Shown: positions 28,870 to 39,398, counted from the stretch's first letter. The stretch is DNA of 64,000 nucleotides from Methanococcoides sp. (GCA_021108185.1 JAIORJ010000046.1:1-64000), one strand, 5' to 3'. Notes: a model not told the origin generated them from the letters alone. Numbers and translations: made by a program.

Positions 28870-29661
28870 TTAATCAGTCTCTTCAGGATCATTTTCCAGC
28901 AAGACATCGACCTTACGACTGGTCTCTTCGGTAACGTCATCATCTTCAAGGGACACACCAGCAACTTCCTCATCTACTAGCTGTTCTTCATCGGAACTCT
29001 CAGTCCCTTCCGGCCCACCCCTCAAAAAAATGCCGACCTTATCCGTTAAACCGGATATATGAGATTCACTTTCTATCATTTCGATCGCTGTTGTCAGACG
29101 ATCCATATCATTATCCCTACCATTGATCCAGATACGGCCGTTCTTTCCTACGAAAACATCACAATTCGACTCTTTCTTAAGAACAGACACCATTGAACCC
29201 CCGTGCCCGATGACACGTGGTACCTTTGCAGGCATAACTTCAATGATACGACCTTGTCTTAGGACCTTTGAGCCCTGTTCACGCATTGAAAGCTCTACTT
29301 TCATAGCCTTGCTGACATCTTTCACACGAACAACGACAGAGTCGCCAATATCCATGAACTTCCTCATTTCAGAAGAATCAACACGTTTAGGAAATTCAGA
29401 TACATGAAGTAGACCATCATACGGAGAGCCTGTTTCCATTATCCAGTTGGAAGGAGTAACATCAATGACTTTCACAATAATGAAATCCTTACGCGAAGGA
29501 ATATATTTTCCAGAAAAGGGTACTACTGAAACCCTTCCCTTGAAATTCGCAACTCCATAAAGTAAAGAATATATATTCCCGTCTTTAACATAAGTGCCTG
29601 GCCCGGCCATTTCTTTCTTCTCAGAAAGCAATTGCCCGGGAATTACTATATTACGATCCAT
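28870..29661 (-). CDS. rrp4: exosome complex RNA-binding protein Rrp4 (S1+KH), acidic C-terminal tail
   Basis: N-terminal domain, S1 and KH ('GHGGSMVSVLKKESNCDVFVGKNGRIWI') segments. Confidence 0.85.
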   Translation of the reverse strand: MDRNIVIPGQLLSEKKEMAGPGTYVKDGNIYSLLYGVANFKGRVSVVPFSGKYIPSRKDFIIVKVIDVTPSNWIMETGSPYDGLLHVSEFPKRVDSSEMRKFMDIGDSVVVRVKDVSKAMKVELSMREQGSKVLRQGRIIEVMPAKVPRVIGHGGSMVSVLKKESNCDVFVGKNGRIWINGRDNDMDRLTTAIEMIESESHISGLTDKVGIFLRGGPEGTESSDEEQLVDEEVAGVSLEDDDVTEETSRKVDVLLENDPEETD

Positions 29662-29672
29662 TAATTAACCTC

Positions 29673-30365
29673 TTACAAAAGTTTTGTTTCCGCATCACCT
29701 TTTGTCAGATGGTTCACAAGACCATAAAAGTCATTCTGCATGCCTGCAGGGATCTTGACAACCGCAACCCAGGAACCATCGTTCTGCCAGCTATCCCTGA
29801 GCATGGTCCCGAACTTTGCGATATCCCCATAGGATTTTGCTGCATAGTCAGAAGGGATCTTGACAGCGATCTCAACTTCTTCAAAACGAATAGGAATGAT
29901 CGGTCTTATTGCCTTCATGACAATATTGACCTGCTCATCCACACTCTTCAGAGGATCGATATGGACCTTTGCCTCTTCCATTGCTTTTTCGATCCTTCCA
30001 GGAGGGTGAGGTGCCCTTGTTTGAGGATTTATCGCATTTTGTGCAATAGTGGAAATGACCTGTCTGGTCTTCTCCTCAAGAATATGTTTCCTCTGTTCCT
30101 TGGTAAGCTGAAGTTCGCCGTGTTTGATAATATACGCTGCGATCTCAAAAACGTCATCTGTCTGGAATGCATTGTTAAGATCGGATTCAGATGCATGGTC
30201 TCCCCTGCCAGAATCCTCGAAAACTGCCTCTACTGCAAGAACGTCCTCAATTTTAACATTGCCTCCTTTCTTGAACTCCAGAGCCCCGTCAGGATCCACA
30301 AGCACTTCATAATGTTTGCTGCCTTTCTTTAGCCTTGCAACCAATGATTCATCAAGAGATACCAT
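29673..30365 (-). CDS. Shwachman-Bodian-Diamond (SBDS/Sdo1) ribosome maturation protein
   Basis: 'KHYEVLVDPD...FKKGG' FYSH domain N-terminus; 230 aa; superoperon position. Confidence 0.85.
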   Translation of the reverse strand: MVSLDESLVARLKKGSKHYEVLVDPDGALEFKKGGNVKIEDVLAVEAVFEDSGRGDHASESDLNNAFQTDDVFEIAAYIIKHGELQLTKEQRKHILEEKTRQVISTIAQNAINPQTRAPHPPGRIEKAMEEAKVHIDPLKSVDEQVNIVMKAIRPIIPIRFEEVEIAVKIPSDYAAKSYGDIAKFGTMLRDSWQNDGSWVAVVKIPAGMQNDFYGLVNHLTKGDAETKLL

Positions 30366-30411
30366 ACTCTAAACCCTCCTATATTACCTAATAATGCTCA
30401 AAAACACATTA

Positions 30412-31200
30412 TTAGTCCTGCTTCTTTTCCTCATCTGCTGCTTCTTCAGTGGTTTCGTCAGCATCGTCTTCCTTATGTTTAGCAAGAATGGCTTCAACGT
30501 ATGACTCGACCTCTTCGACAGGACATTTCCTGAACTGGCGGTCCTCAAGAGTGACCAGGCCCACTTCAAGTGTTGCAGGATCGATCTTTACATCAGATGC
30601 CCTGTAAAGCGCTTCCATTCCAAGCATTACTGCTTCTTCCATGGTCATGTCATCACGATGCATTTCCTCGAAAGTTTCCATGAAAACATTTCTGCCTGCT
30701 CCGATAGCTGTTGCCTTATACTCAAGAAGTGCACCGCTAGGGTCACTTTCGAACAGCCTGGGTTTGAGGTCATCGACACCTGCGATCAAAAGTGCAGTAC
30801 CATAAGGACGGACACCACCATATTGCGTGTATGTCTGCTTGTGGTCACATATCTTCTTTGACAGAACCTCAACACCGATAGGCTCATCATAGGTGGCCAT
30901 GTTGATCTGAGCTTCCACTCTAGCCCTGTCCACGAGAGCACGTGCATCAGCAACAAGACCTGATGTTGCGACTCCGATATGCTCATCTATCTGGAATATC
31001 TTTTCGATGGATTCCGCTTCGATCAACCTGCTTGTGATCCTCTTGTCAACAATAAGGACAACACCGTCCTTTGCTTTAATTCCAGCAGCAGTAGTGCCTC
31101 TTTTAACGGCTTCCCTTGCATACTCTACCTGAAAAAGCCTTCCATCGGGACTAAAAACAGTAATTGCTCTATCATAACCCATTTGTGGTGCCATTTGCAT
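30412..31200 (-). CDS. psmA: proteasome alpha subunit
   Basis: '[20 protein letters not shown]' signature. Confidence 0.93.
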   Translation of the reverse strand: MQMAPQMGYDRAITVFSPDGRLFQVEYAREAVKRGTTAAGIKAKDGVVLIVDKRITSRLIEAESIEKIFQIDEHIGVATSGLVADARALVDRARVEAQINMATYDEPIGVEVLSKKICDHKQTYTQYGGVRPYGTALLIAGVDDLKPRLFESDPSGALLEYKATAIGAGRNVFMETFEEMHRDDMTMEEAVMLGMEALYRASDVKIDPATLEVGLVTLEDRQFRKCPVEEVESYVEAILAKHKEDDADETTEEAADEEKKQD

Positions 31201-31313
31201 GCTCTCTTATCTCCTACTAATTATTTTGTGATGCTAAAAAACGTATGAATAGAGTTTCTGTACATTCATCTAGTTCACTTAAAGTAATTCCAAATTATAA
31301 TATATATGACTGT

Positions 31314-31682
31314 TTATGTCTTTTCTTCAGGACTATATACAGTACACCCTTCTAAATACTTTGTTGTTGCTCCATGAACAGTCCCGGATATACCAAGAAC
31401 ATGAATTATCACCGGCTTGCCATCCACCGATGTAACCGAAGCAAGAACAGCACGGGTCATATCCATACGGTCCCGAAGACAACGTACAATACCTTTTGAA
31501 TCCTCAAAGTCAAGTAACTTTATATCGCATTCACTTGAACCCTTATCGCCCACTAGCGAACTGGCACATGAGAATATCTCACGAAGGAGATCACTTCGAT
31601 CGACCCTATTGCCACCTATAAGTTCAAATGCAAAATATCTGCGGTCCTGACGCAAGGTCGGAGGAAGGACTTTCAGCTTCAT
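31314..31682 (-). CDS. rnp2: RNase P protein subunit Pop5 (Rnp2)
   Basis: 'LPPTLRQDRRYFAFEL' Pop5 N-terminus; about 120 aa. Confidence 0.8.
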   Translation of the reverse strand: MKLKVLPPTLRQDRRYFAFELIGGNRVDRSDLLREIFSCASSLVGDKGSSECDIKLLDFEDSKGIVRCLRDRMDMTRAVLASVTSVDGKPVIIHVLGISGTVHGATTKYLEGCTVYSPEEKT

Positions 31683-32404
31683 TTATCCTCCTGAACAGAA
31701 AGAGAAGGCTCAAGTATCTCCACCCCTTCACAAACATAGTTCTTATCATGTCGTTTCTTTTGAACTATCCCCAAAGGAGTTTCCGATAATGCCATAATGG
31801 CCTCATCCTTTTCCATTCCAAAAAGAACTGCAAGTGCAATGATCTCCCGAGGTGCACGCAGGCCAAAGATAGACGAAGCATTGCTTGTAAGCAACATTGG
31901 AACATCATATTTCCTTGAAAGTGCCAGATAATCCCTGAAATGAGATAGACTGTGCACACGTCTGCCGCCACGGGACATGATCAACGAATCAATATCAAAT
32001 GCAATAGCAACATTATTTTCACTCGCAGATTTTGCAAGCACATGATTTAAGCCACTGCCCTTTGGAGTGGACGGGTGTAAAAGGACATCAACGTTCGAAT
32101 TCTCCAATGCTGCACGATTAATTCCCTCATCGCCACCATGCACAGCCAGAACATCCACTTTATTGCGATATTTTCCAACAAGACCATGAAGTTTAGATGG
32201 ATTGGAAGCCACAATCTCGACCGTACGAAAAATATCAAAACCTTCAACGCCATCAGATTTTAGCAGCCCCTCTGCCGTGGAATGATTGCTCAGACCGATC
32301 CCGGCAAAACCAAGATGTTTTGCCATTGAGACCAGTTCTTGTGCCGTATTTTTTCCATCCGGTACAGAGTGAACACTAAGATCATAGAATGAACGTTCAG
32401 CCAA
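31679..32404 (-). CDS. rnp3: RNase P protein subunit Rpp30 (Rnp3)
   Basis: PHP/TIM-barrel Rpp30 pattern; overlaps neighbours by 4 and 8 nt. Confidence 0.8.
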   Translation of the reverse strand: MAERSFYDLSVHSVPDGKNTAQELVSMAKHLGFAGIGLSNHSTAEGLLKSDGVEGFDIFRTVEIVASNPSKLHGLVGKYRNKVDVLAVHGGDEGINRAALENSNVDVLLHPSTPKGSGLNHVLAKSASENNVAIAFDIDSLIMSRGGRRVHSLSHFRDYLALSRKYDVPMLLTSNASSIFGLRAPREIIALAVLFGMEKDEAIMALSETPLGIVQKKRHDKNYVCEGVEILEPSLSVQEDK

Positions 32405-32852
32405 ATAATTCCTCCACGATCCTGCCGGCTTCCAGCCGATCCTTTGGATACGTTTCGATCTTCACCTTCACAATTATCGCATCCGATGAGGAGGATAACT
32501 TGATCTGGCCATTGAAAGCTGCCTGCTTGTCGAATCTCAGATGGAACATCTGGTCATCATCAAGACGGTCAGGCATCTCCTCACGAAGAAGTTCTACATC
32601 TTCAGGCGTCATTTTTGGCCTGACGAATGCAGCAAAGGCCTTTGTGTCGGAATTGCGCTTGATAGTTGCACTGAACGTGGTAATAGGATTACCATGATAC
32701 CCTTCGAAGACCAGGGACTCAACATACTTATCCGTATTAGTACACTTGCCCTTGTCAAATGAATTCAATAAAAAGAGATCCAGAGCAGATCTTACTCTGG
32801 ACTCATCCTCAGTAGCATGTGCGCTTACACGCACAGAGATATAGTGAATCAC
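32397..32852 (-). CDS. COG1325-type predicted RNA-binding protein (exosome superoperon member)
   Basis: 151 aa. Conserved position between L15e and Rpp30; no catalytic motif. Confidence 0.5.
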   Translation of the reverse strand: MIHYISVRVSAHATEDESRVRSALDLFLLNSFDKGKCTNTDKYVESLVFEGYHGNPITTFSATIKRNSDTKAFAAFVRPKMTPEDVELLREEMPDRLDDDQMFHLRFDKQAAFNGQIKLSSSSDAIIVKVKIETYPKDRLEAGRIVEELFG

Positions 32853-33451
32853 TTTTTGCTTCTGTTAAGGTTTGATCTTACGCTTGGCCTGGTCTTCTCA
32901 GTACCTGTACCGCGCGTCTGCATGCCTCTACCCTTGCGACCTGCACTGGTCTTACCACGGAATACCCTACCGCTGTGAGCCTTGCCACAGATCCAGTTGA
33001 GGTTCTTGTCAGATTTGATGACAGGGTGGCTTGGGTCAACGAGAATTACCTCGTACCATTTCTGCTTACCATCTTCGCCTACCCAGTAAGAGTTAAGGAC
33101 TTCCATGTTAGGGTACTTTCTTGCAGCACGCTCTTCAGAGATCCTCTGAATGCTCTTACCGACAGTGATCTTGTTCTTACCGGTGTGCTGAGTACGCCTT
33201 CCACGAATGTAACGGGACTTTCTCATGCTACCCCTTCGTACTTTTACACGAGCAACAACGATGCCCTGCTTGGCCTTGTAACCAAGTGATCGTGCACGGT
33301 CGATACGTGTTGGGCGTTCTACTCTTGTAACAGAGCCTTCCTTTCTCCATACCTGAAGCCTTTCCCATCTAAGGTCACGGACGTAAGTCTCGTCAGGGTT
33401 CTTCCATGCATCTCTTATATATCCATAAAATGATTTTGACAATTTATTCAC
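32849..33451 (-). CDS. rpl15e: 50S ribosomal protein L15e
   Basis: '[13 protein letters not shown]', '[18 protein letters not shown]' L15e signature. Confidence 0.93.
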   Translation of the reverse strand: MNKLSKSFYGYIRDAWKNPDETYVRDLRWERLQVWRKEGSVTRVERPTRIDRARSLGYKAKQGIVVARVKVRRGSMRKSRYIRGRRTQHTGKNKITVGKSIQRISEERAARKYPNMEVLNSYWVGEDGKQKWYEVILVDPSHPVIKSDKNLNWICGKAHSGRVFRGKTSAGRKGRGMQTRGTGTEKTRPSVRSNLNRSKK

Positions 33452-33699
33452 CTAGTTTCATGTTAGTTTCACGGTTCAGCTGAAGTTTTCAGCCACATTC
33501 CCACGGGATATTATCCCGACAATGAAACATCGATTAGTACGTACACTATGACATTTAAGTCTTTGTATCCAACAGGACTGAAAGGATGATGGCGTTAACT
33601 AACTAGAACAAAAATAAGAAAAGAAAACATGGAGCTGGAGAAGGGGAGGCAAATCTTATGATTGAATATAATGTGGGTATCTCGAAAGTAAAATCATAT

Positions 33700-33740
33700 G
33701 AAATTAAAAAAATGTAAGTTGAGAGATAGACCCCCTCAAC
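33700..33740 (-). terminator. hairpin plus U-tract terminator-like element downstream of the CAP-domain gene
   Basis: GTTGAG...CTCAAC 6-bp stem (33718-33740) followed on the minus strand by TTACATTTTTTT. Confidence 0.4.
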
Positions 33741-33746
33741 TAATTC

Positions 33747-34412
33747 TTAATAATAGGGCTCACCTGTACGATACATATCTATCAGTTCACTGACATCTGA
33801 AATCGATGTTGAGCCCTGTAAACGGTAGTCATCGATTGCCGCACTCACTTCACCAATATCGATCAAATAGTCCTTGTTCTTATCGTACGGATTGTATGGA
33901 ACTACAGGGTCTGTAGCTGGTTCGCCCCATCCGAAGTTCTGCGTATACGTTGCAGCATTGCTGTATGTCCTGCCACCGTATGCAAATTCGCCAACCCATA
34001 TGCCAATACCGATCTCATTATAACTGGGATTCAATATATTTGCTCTGTGCCCAGGAGAAGCCATAAGACGTTCATGAGCTATTGTAACACTTGGAGGTAC
34101 CCTGAAAGCAATGTTCTCAGCAACCCTATAGGATTCATATGCAGAACTCCTGATCCTTGTAGAGAAAGAAGTACCATCGTATGAATTGTGGCTGAAATAA
34201 TCTTTGTCTATCATCTCCTGACTATGCTCACTTGCCACATCATTAAGAAGAGAATTGAACCTAAAGGGATCAAGTCCATTTTCTTCACGCTCCAGATTTA
34301 TAAGGTCAAGCATCTGCAGTTCTTCCTCAGCATATGGATTAGCAGCACTTGCCGCAGGGACAAGCAAGCAAACCATTAGCAAGGAAACTAATAAGATCTT
34401 TAATTTGTTCAT
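33747..34412 (-). CDS. secreted CAP/SCP (PR-1-like) domain protein with C-terminal dockerin-like repeat
   Basis: Signal peptide 'LLVSLLMVCLLVPAASA'. CAP motifs ('HSQEM...YFSHNS', 'GHRANILNPSYNEIGIG'). C-terminal 'DKNKDYLIDIGEVSAAIDDY' resembles a Ca-binding dockerin repeat. Confidence 0.65.
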   Translation of the reverse strand: MNKLKILLVSLLMVCLLVPAASAANPYAEEELQMLDLINLEREENGLDPFRFNSLLNDVASEHSQEMIDKDYFSHNSYDGTSFSTRIRSSAYESYRVAENIAFRVPPSVTIAHERLMASPGHRANILNPSYNEIGIGIWVGEFAYGGRTYSNAATYTQNFGWGEPATDPVVPYNPYDKNKDYLIDIGEVSAAIDDYRLQGSTSISDVSELIDMYRTGEPYY

Positions 34413-34762
34413 TTTTCAATTACCGCCCATTTTAAGAATTAGACTATTCGTAGTAATGCCCTCATATTTATCAAATTGAGATTATACAAATTCGTTCATC
34501 CTGTTGCATTGAACAACTATATACATCTAATGCACACAGGTCACATAAAATAAGTAAATTAAGGCAGTCCAATATCACATTTTAAAGAGCTTAATAATTG
34601 ATGAAATAGGAATAGTATATTGATCATAGATTGAATATGAATTTGAATATAATTTAAAAAATATATGACCAGTGCTCTTCGAATTGGATAGAAACACTCG
34701 TAAGCTGAATGTATTCAAAAAGAAAGGCATTTTCCCGATGAAGCTAAAAGAAAAGAAAAACG

Positions 34763-34958
34763 TGGGGCTGGAGAGATTCGAACTCTCGATCGACGGGTCT
34801 CTCCGAACAACTGCCTTACGACAGTCAATTCTTAAGAACACACATCAGTGCTCCAACGGCTCTTCACCGACCCACTCCGTCGAGTAGATCTCAGTAGACC
34901 CGTTGTTCATCATTTATCCGCTGGAGCCCGTCGCCATTCCAGGCTAGGCCACAGCCCC
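34763..34958 (-). tRNA. tRNA-Trp(CCA) with 122-nt intron (34799-34920) at canonical position 37/38
   Basis: Hand-folded: acceptor GGGGCTG/CAGCCCC, anticodon stem ACGGG/CCCGT, loop CTCCAG, anticodon CCA, T-arm GAGAG-TTCGAAT-CTCTC, discriminator A; CCA not encoded. Confidence 0.8.
34845..34913 (-). ncRNA. box C/D guide RNA embedded in the tRNA-Trp intron (predicted to guide 2'-O-methylation of C34 and C39)
   Basis: Box C ATGATGA (34907-34913), D' CTGA (34891-34894), C'-like TGAAGA, D CTGA (34845-34848). D-guide GCCGTTGGAGCA pairs with the anticodon region (5th nt opposite C34). D'-guide ACAACGGGTCTA pairs with AGACCCGT of the 3' exon (5th nt opposite position 39). Confidence 0.7.
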
Positions 34959-35071
34959 GCAACCTTGCGATTACAACCCAAAGATACATCTTATCAGTGA
35001 TATAGGTATCGGTTTAAAAAACAAAAATGGTTCAAGAATGTAACAATTGCACATCCTTCAACCCAAAATGA

Positions 35072-36118
35072 TCATTCTGCATTAATAAGGTCAGCAAGTT
35101 CAAGGCAGATCTTTTCGATCTCCTCGCGGATAGTATCGACAGAAACTCCGAGAAGGCCTGCAAGATAAAGTGCTCCTCCGGCACCTACACCTTCCTTCAC
35201 ATAACCAAGCTCATACTGCCTTAATCCCTTATGGGAAGAATTACCAAAACGAGGGTCAATGGCGAACATATCAGCACCAAGTGCCTCAATGATATCATTG
35301 AAATTTGCAGTCTCATCATTAGCAACATAACTTGTGGTCACAATGGACACATTACTAAGATCAGTACCCAGATGCTTCATGAAAGCATACACTGCTGCCA
35401 TCTGAGTTCCGCCTGCAAGGATAACACGCTTGCCCTTAAGACCTGAAACAAGACCAGCCACCGCTGGCATCATCGGGTCACCAAGACAGGTGATCGCGCG
35501 CATAGGATCCCCCTTAAGACCACCAGAGACGATGCCTGACGCATCCATTGCCTCTTTCACAACCCTTCTCTTAAGCTCCACAGGATTCTCGGAAGAGCTG
35601 CTACTCACATTACTATCATACCCGAGAGCATCGAGAACACCCATGGCAGTGGTCGTACCAGCAGGAGTACTCTCCCCTATTACGAACATATCATGGTCAT
35701 CGCGAACCTTCTCGCCAACAGAAAGTGCAGCCTTGATGATGCCTTCAACATCATGCACCGCAACATCGTTCCTGATATCTTCCCCATACCTTGCACCAAG
35801 GTCCTCAAAAGGAACCTTAGGAGGTATCTTCAGACCAGAGTTCACAAAAAGATGAGGGACACCTGAAAGCTGTAATGATGCACGTGTAATAAGTCCGGGG
35901 GTGGGAGTATTATAAGGAGGCGTCATCGGGATCACAGGAGTACTGATGATTCCACCAGTCTCCACAAGCTCCGCGTCGCCTGTCGGAGTATAATCCGTAA
36001 GCTTAGCAGTCTTTCCTGCCGCAGACAACTTCTCGATATATGCAGTTTCCGTATTTCCCAATACACAAATGAATAACGGTTTTTCCGGTCTTTTATCATT
36101 AGCTATCAGAGATCCCAT
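35072..36118 (-). CDS. archaeal CobT-like (UPF0284) nicotinate-nucleotide-dimethylbenzimidazole phosphoribosyltransferase homolog
   Basis: 'VIGESTPAGTTTAMG' and Gly-rich motifs typical of the archaeal CobT/UPF0284 family. Confidence 0.55.
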   Translation of the reverse strand: MGSLIANDKRPEKPLFICVLGNTETAYIEKLSAAGKTAKLTDYTPTGDAELVETGGIISTPVIPMTPPYNTPTPGLITRASLQLSGVPHLFVNSGLKIPPKVPFEDLGARYGEDIRNDVAVHDVEGIIKAALSVGEKVRDDHDMFVIGESTPAGTTTAMGVLDALGYDSNVSSSSSENPVELKRRVVKEAMDASGIVSGGLKGDPMRAITCLGDPMMPAVAGLVSGLKGKRVILAGGTQMAAVYAFMKHLGTDLSNVSIVTTSYVANDETANFNDIIEALGADMFAIDPRFGNSSHKGLRQYELGYVKEGVGAGGALYLAGLLGVSVDTIREEIEKICLELADLINAE

Positions 36119-36138
36119 ATCAAATCACCCAGTCAGTA

Positions 36139-37575
36139 TCAATAAGTCCTTGCCACGTAAACCCTTGTACGAGTTTCCTTGCTACAGATAGGACACTTGT
36201 AAGTACCATCCTCATCCATATCAGTAGGAATTCCAAGTATGCCTGCACCTGCCTGTTCATCCAAATCGAGACCACACTTTTCTTCACCACACCACGGGAC
36301 AAGAGCAATTCCATCCTGCACCTTTTCCTTAACATCATCCACAGTAGAACAATCGAAGATGCGCTCGTTCAACTCAGCGGTCGCCTTTTCCAAAAGGGCT
36401 GCCTGAATGATCTCGAACCTTGAGATAACCTCATCCTTGATAGAAGCCAGAGGTACCTGTTCCTTCTCACCAGTATCACGTCTGGCGAGCATTGCAGCCT
36501 CGTTCTTCAGATCCCTAGGACCTATCTCGATCCTCAAAGGAACGCCCTTCATCTCCCACTTATAATACTTGGAACCCGGACGTTTATCGCTATCATCGAT
36601 AGTGACCCGAACACCTGCAGCCTCAAGCTCAGCCTTCACATCATTACATGCATTGAGCACAGCTTCCGGCTCTTTGAAAATGATAGGTATGATAACAACC
36701 TGTGTCGGAGCGATCTCCGGAGGAAGTACCAGACCCTTATCATCACCATGGGTCGAAAGCAGAGTGGCAATGCACCTTTCAGAAACACCATAGCATGTCT
36801 GATGAGCATAGACCTGCTCACCATCAACATCCTCATACTTGATATCAAAGGTCTTTGCGAAATTATCACCCAAATGATGTGCTGTTCCCACCTGAAGCGT
36901 TTTTCCATCAGGCATCAATGAATCTACTGCAATGGTATAATCAGCCCCGGGGAACTTATCCCAGCTAGGACGCTTTGAAGGGAGCACAGGAATAGCAAGC
37001 CTTTTGTAGAACTCGATATAGAGCCTGATGGCTTCATCTACCTGAGAAGCAGCCTCATCCCAGGTTGCATGAACCGTATGAGCTTCCTTAAAAGAAGTAA
37101 TCTCCCGGAGACGTATAAGTGGTCTGGTGTGCTTTGTCTCATACCTGAACGTATTGACGATCTGGTAAAGCTTCAATGGAAGGTCCGCATGGGAACGCAC
37201 CCAAAGACGATACATAGGATAAATAGCGGTCTCACTGGTTGGACGAAGCGCAAGTTTCACATCAAGAGGAGTTGTACCGCCATTGAGGACCCAATAGACC
37301 TCTTCTTCAAAGCCTTTGATATGTTCTGCCTCTTTCATGAACTCATGCTCAGGTATCAAAAGAGGGAACATTGTTTCCTGATGATCTTTATCAAGCAATC
37401 CACGAATAATATCATAAACATTCCTGCGAATGGAAAAACCGAAAGGATACCAGACATATGAACCTTTCACAGGATAACGTACATCCATGATCTCTGCGAT
37501 CTGGAGCATATCATTATACCATTCACTGAAATTCTCTTTTGAAGGAAGCGTTGCCTCTTTTTCTTGTTCAGCCAT
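36139..37575 (-). CDS. proS: prolyl-tRNA synthetase (archaeal/eukaryotic type)
   Basis: Class II motifs. C-terminal zinc-binding 'CPICSKE' and terminal Tyr typical of archaeal ProRS. Confidence 0.93.
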   Translation of the reverse strand: MAEQEKEATLPSKENFSEWYNDMLQIAEIMDVRYPVKGSYVWYPFGFSIRRNVYDIIRGLLDKDHQETMFPLLIPEHEFMKEAEHIKGFEEEVYWVLNGGTTPLDVKLALRPTSETAIYPMYRLWVRSHADLPLKLYQIVNTFRYETKHTRPLIRLREITSFKEAHTVHATWDEAASQVDEAIRLYIEFYKRLAIPVLPSKRPSWDKFPGADYTIAVDSLMPDGKTLQVGTAHHLGDNFAKTFDIKYEDVDGEQVYAHQTCYGVSERCIATLLSTHGDDKGLVLPPEIAPTQVVIIPIIFKEPEAVLNACNDVKAELEAAGVRVTIDDSDKRPGSKYYKWEMKGVPLRIEIGPRDLKNEAAMLARRDTGEKEQVPLASIKDEVISRFEIIQAALLEKATAELNERIFDCSTVDDVKEKVQDGIALVPWCGEEKCGLDLDEQAGAGILGIPTDMDEDGTYKCPICSKETRTRVYVARTY

Positions 37576-37632
37576 AATGTCACCAATAAGATCGAAACGA
37601 TTAAATTCGAATTTTTGAGCTAAATACAGGCA

Positions 37633-38298
37633 TCATTTATAGTTATTTCCAATCGGCTGTATCTTATCAGAAGAATCGACTTCCACCTGGGAGGTATCAA
37701 CATCAAAGACAACCATACCACTATGAAGGTCATTCGCTTCTTCGGCTGAGAGCTTTCTTGATACAACTTTATCAGAGATTATAACACTGTTACCAAGAGG
37801 ATCTTCTATAATGACGGTCAGAGGAAAATCCCCAGCTATAGCTTTTTCAAGCTGATCCTGCAGTTCCAGTCCACGTGCATACGCATCGGGCTCATCTTTA
37901 ACCCAGCCAGTAGCGGTCACGACAACCGACTGTACCCTTTGAAGAATACCCTCAATATTGGTAACATATGAATCCGAAACAGAACCTGGCTCAACATCGA
38001 TCCCCAGTTCAGGGATCCTTATGGTGCCTGAGGTCGAACGTATGACCCTTGCATTGAGGTCCTCAAGTCCTTCTACCTTGAGCTCAAAACGCATAGGATC
38101 CTTCTGAGCAAGTATCATTGTATCCGTGAACCTGAACCCACAGTTACAACAGGAAGTGGAAATGTACATAACTTCCCCGAAATAGGGAATTTCATCTCCC
38201 TGCCATTTAATGATAAGGTCTTCCTGGCAGAGAGGACAGGAAGTTCTGGTCTCAAATGATCTCGGAGACTCTGACCCGGAACTATCCTCTGCGCTCAA
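37633..38298 (-). CDS. ZPR1-type zinc-finger protein
   Basis: 'CPLCQEDL...CCNCGF' C4 zinc finger followed by an A-domain-like beta-rich region; 221 aa. Confidence 0.55.
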   Translation of the reverse strand: MSAEDSSGSESPRSFETRTSCPLCQEDLIIKWQGDEIPYFGEVMYISTSCCNCGFRFTDTMILAQKDPMRFELKVEGLEDLNARVIRSTSGTIRIPELGIDVEPGSVSDSYVTNIEGILQRVQSVVVTATGWVKDEPDAYARGLELQDQLEKAIAGDFPLTVIIEDPLGNSVIISDKVVSRKLSAEEANDLHSGMVVFDVDTSQVEVDSSDKIQPIGNNYK

Positions 38299-38684
38299 TA
38301 CCTTCCACCAACTATCTTGGATCTGTCGATTCTGACACCTGTCGGAGTGACAAGTACCTGATCATCCTTAATACCTGCAATGTCCCCATGAACATCGATA
38401 ACAACATCTTTCAGATCCTTAAGTGCCCTGTCAAGCATGAGTTTATCAGCCTTGATATTAGAGATATCGATCATAAGGATATTGCCATTATAGATCTCTT
38501 TCTTCAAGTCAGGAAGTTCGTTAAGGTTCGTAAGTTCTGCCACCCTGATGTAGGTCTCTGCAGGTTCATCTGCCATTTCCTGTTCAAATTTACCAAGGTC
38601 GAGCTCAGTATATTCATCAGCATCTGTCGCACCCTTTACTCCACTTCCAAATATTTTATCCATGAAATTTGCCATAGTCAGCAC
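38295..38684 (-). CDS. sepF: cell-division protein SepF homolog (FtsZ membrane anchor)
   Basis: 'FMDKIFG' N-terminal amphipathic helix plus C-terminal SepF/DUF552-like core ('ILMIDISNI...DVVIDVHGDIAG'). Confidence 0.6.
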   Translation of the reverse strand: MLTMANFMDKIFGSGVKGATDADEYTELDLGKFEQEMADEPAETYIRVAELTNLNELPDLKKEIYNGNILMIDISNIKADKLMLDRALKDLKDVVIDVHGDIAGIKDDQVLVTPTGVRIDRSKIVGGRY

Positions 38685-38849
38685 CTTTGTCCTAAGATTC
38701 GATTGAATGGATTTAGAATATATCTTTAATAATTCTTTTAATATTTAAGCCATTAGCTATTTTGATTTTCTGGCTTCGCATCAATGTTATAGGGTTTAAT
38801 ATGGATGTTCATCATATTTTAATGATAGCTTCCCATCCATCCTGAAATA

Positions 38850-39398
38850 TCATGCCTCAAGGTTCCAAAGTTCATCCCCAACATAATGTATAGACTTAAT
38901 AGCCTTACCTGACCTGCCCACCATCTCAGTCGCCGGCACAAGGGCACGTCCGATAGCAAGAGGCTTACCATGTGTTTCTTCAACGATAATAACAAGGTCG
39001 CCCTCATTCAGCCCATCATCAACTTTAACGATTCCCGGACACATTATATCAGCACCATTCACAACAAACTTCACAGCACCCGAATCAACAGTAACGACAT
39101 TGCAATCAAGTCCCAATTCCAGCACACCCCTTACAGTAGGGAAAGATACCTCACCCATCTGGAAGAAAAGCACCTTGCCATCAACGATGATGATCTTAAA
39201 ATCATCAGCCATAGCACTATCAAACTTGCATTCTGAAATACTATCAATAACATCCCCGAAAGTAGATCGAAGACTTTTAAACAATTTGTTCTTTGCAGAT
39301 TTCCTTAGTTGAACCCTAGACTTTACTTTCAACTTATCACCTTTGATAATAAAACATGATTTTAACCATGCATTATAGCCCCGTATTGTTTTAAACAT
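38850..39398 (-). CDS. MCT-1/Tma20-like PUA-domain RNA-binding protein
   Basis: 'GAVKFVVNGADIMCPG' and 'IHYVGDELW' match MCT-1 ('GAIKFVLSGANIMCPG', 'IHYLNDGLW'). Start at ATG 39398 ('MFKT...'); the longer track ORF adds a spurious hydrophobic N-terminus. Confidence 0.7.
   Translation of the reverse strand: MFKTIRGYNAWLKSCFIIKGDKLKVKSRVQLRKSAKNKLFKSLRSTFGDVIDSISECKFDSAMADDFKIIIVDGKVLFFQMGEVSFPTVRGVLELGLDCNVVTVDSGAVKFVVNGADIMCPGIVKVDDGLNEGDLVIIVEETHGKPLAIGRALVPATEMVGRSGKAIKSIHYVGDELWNLEA

Noticed and set aside
34575-34841. 88-aa ORF overlapping tRNA-Trp
   Set aside because: It overlaps the tRNA 3' exon and the box C/D-containing intron, and its translation is low-complexity.
36120-36338. 72-aa ORF overlapping the 3' end of proS in another frame
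   Set aside because: Out-of-frame overlap with a highly conserved gene; no signals.
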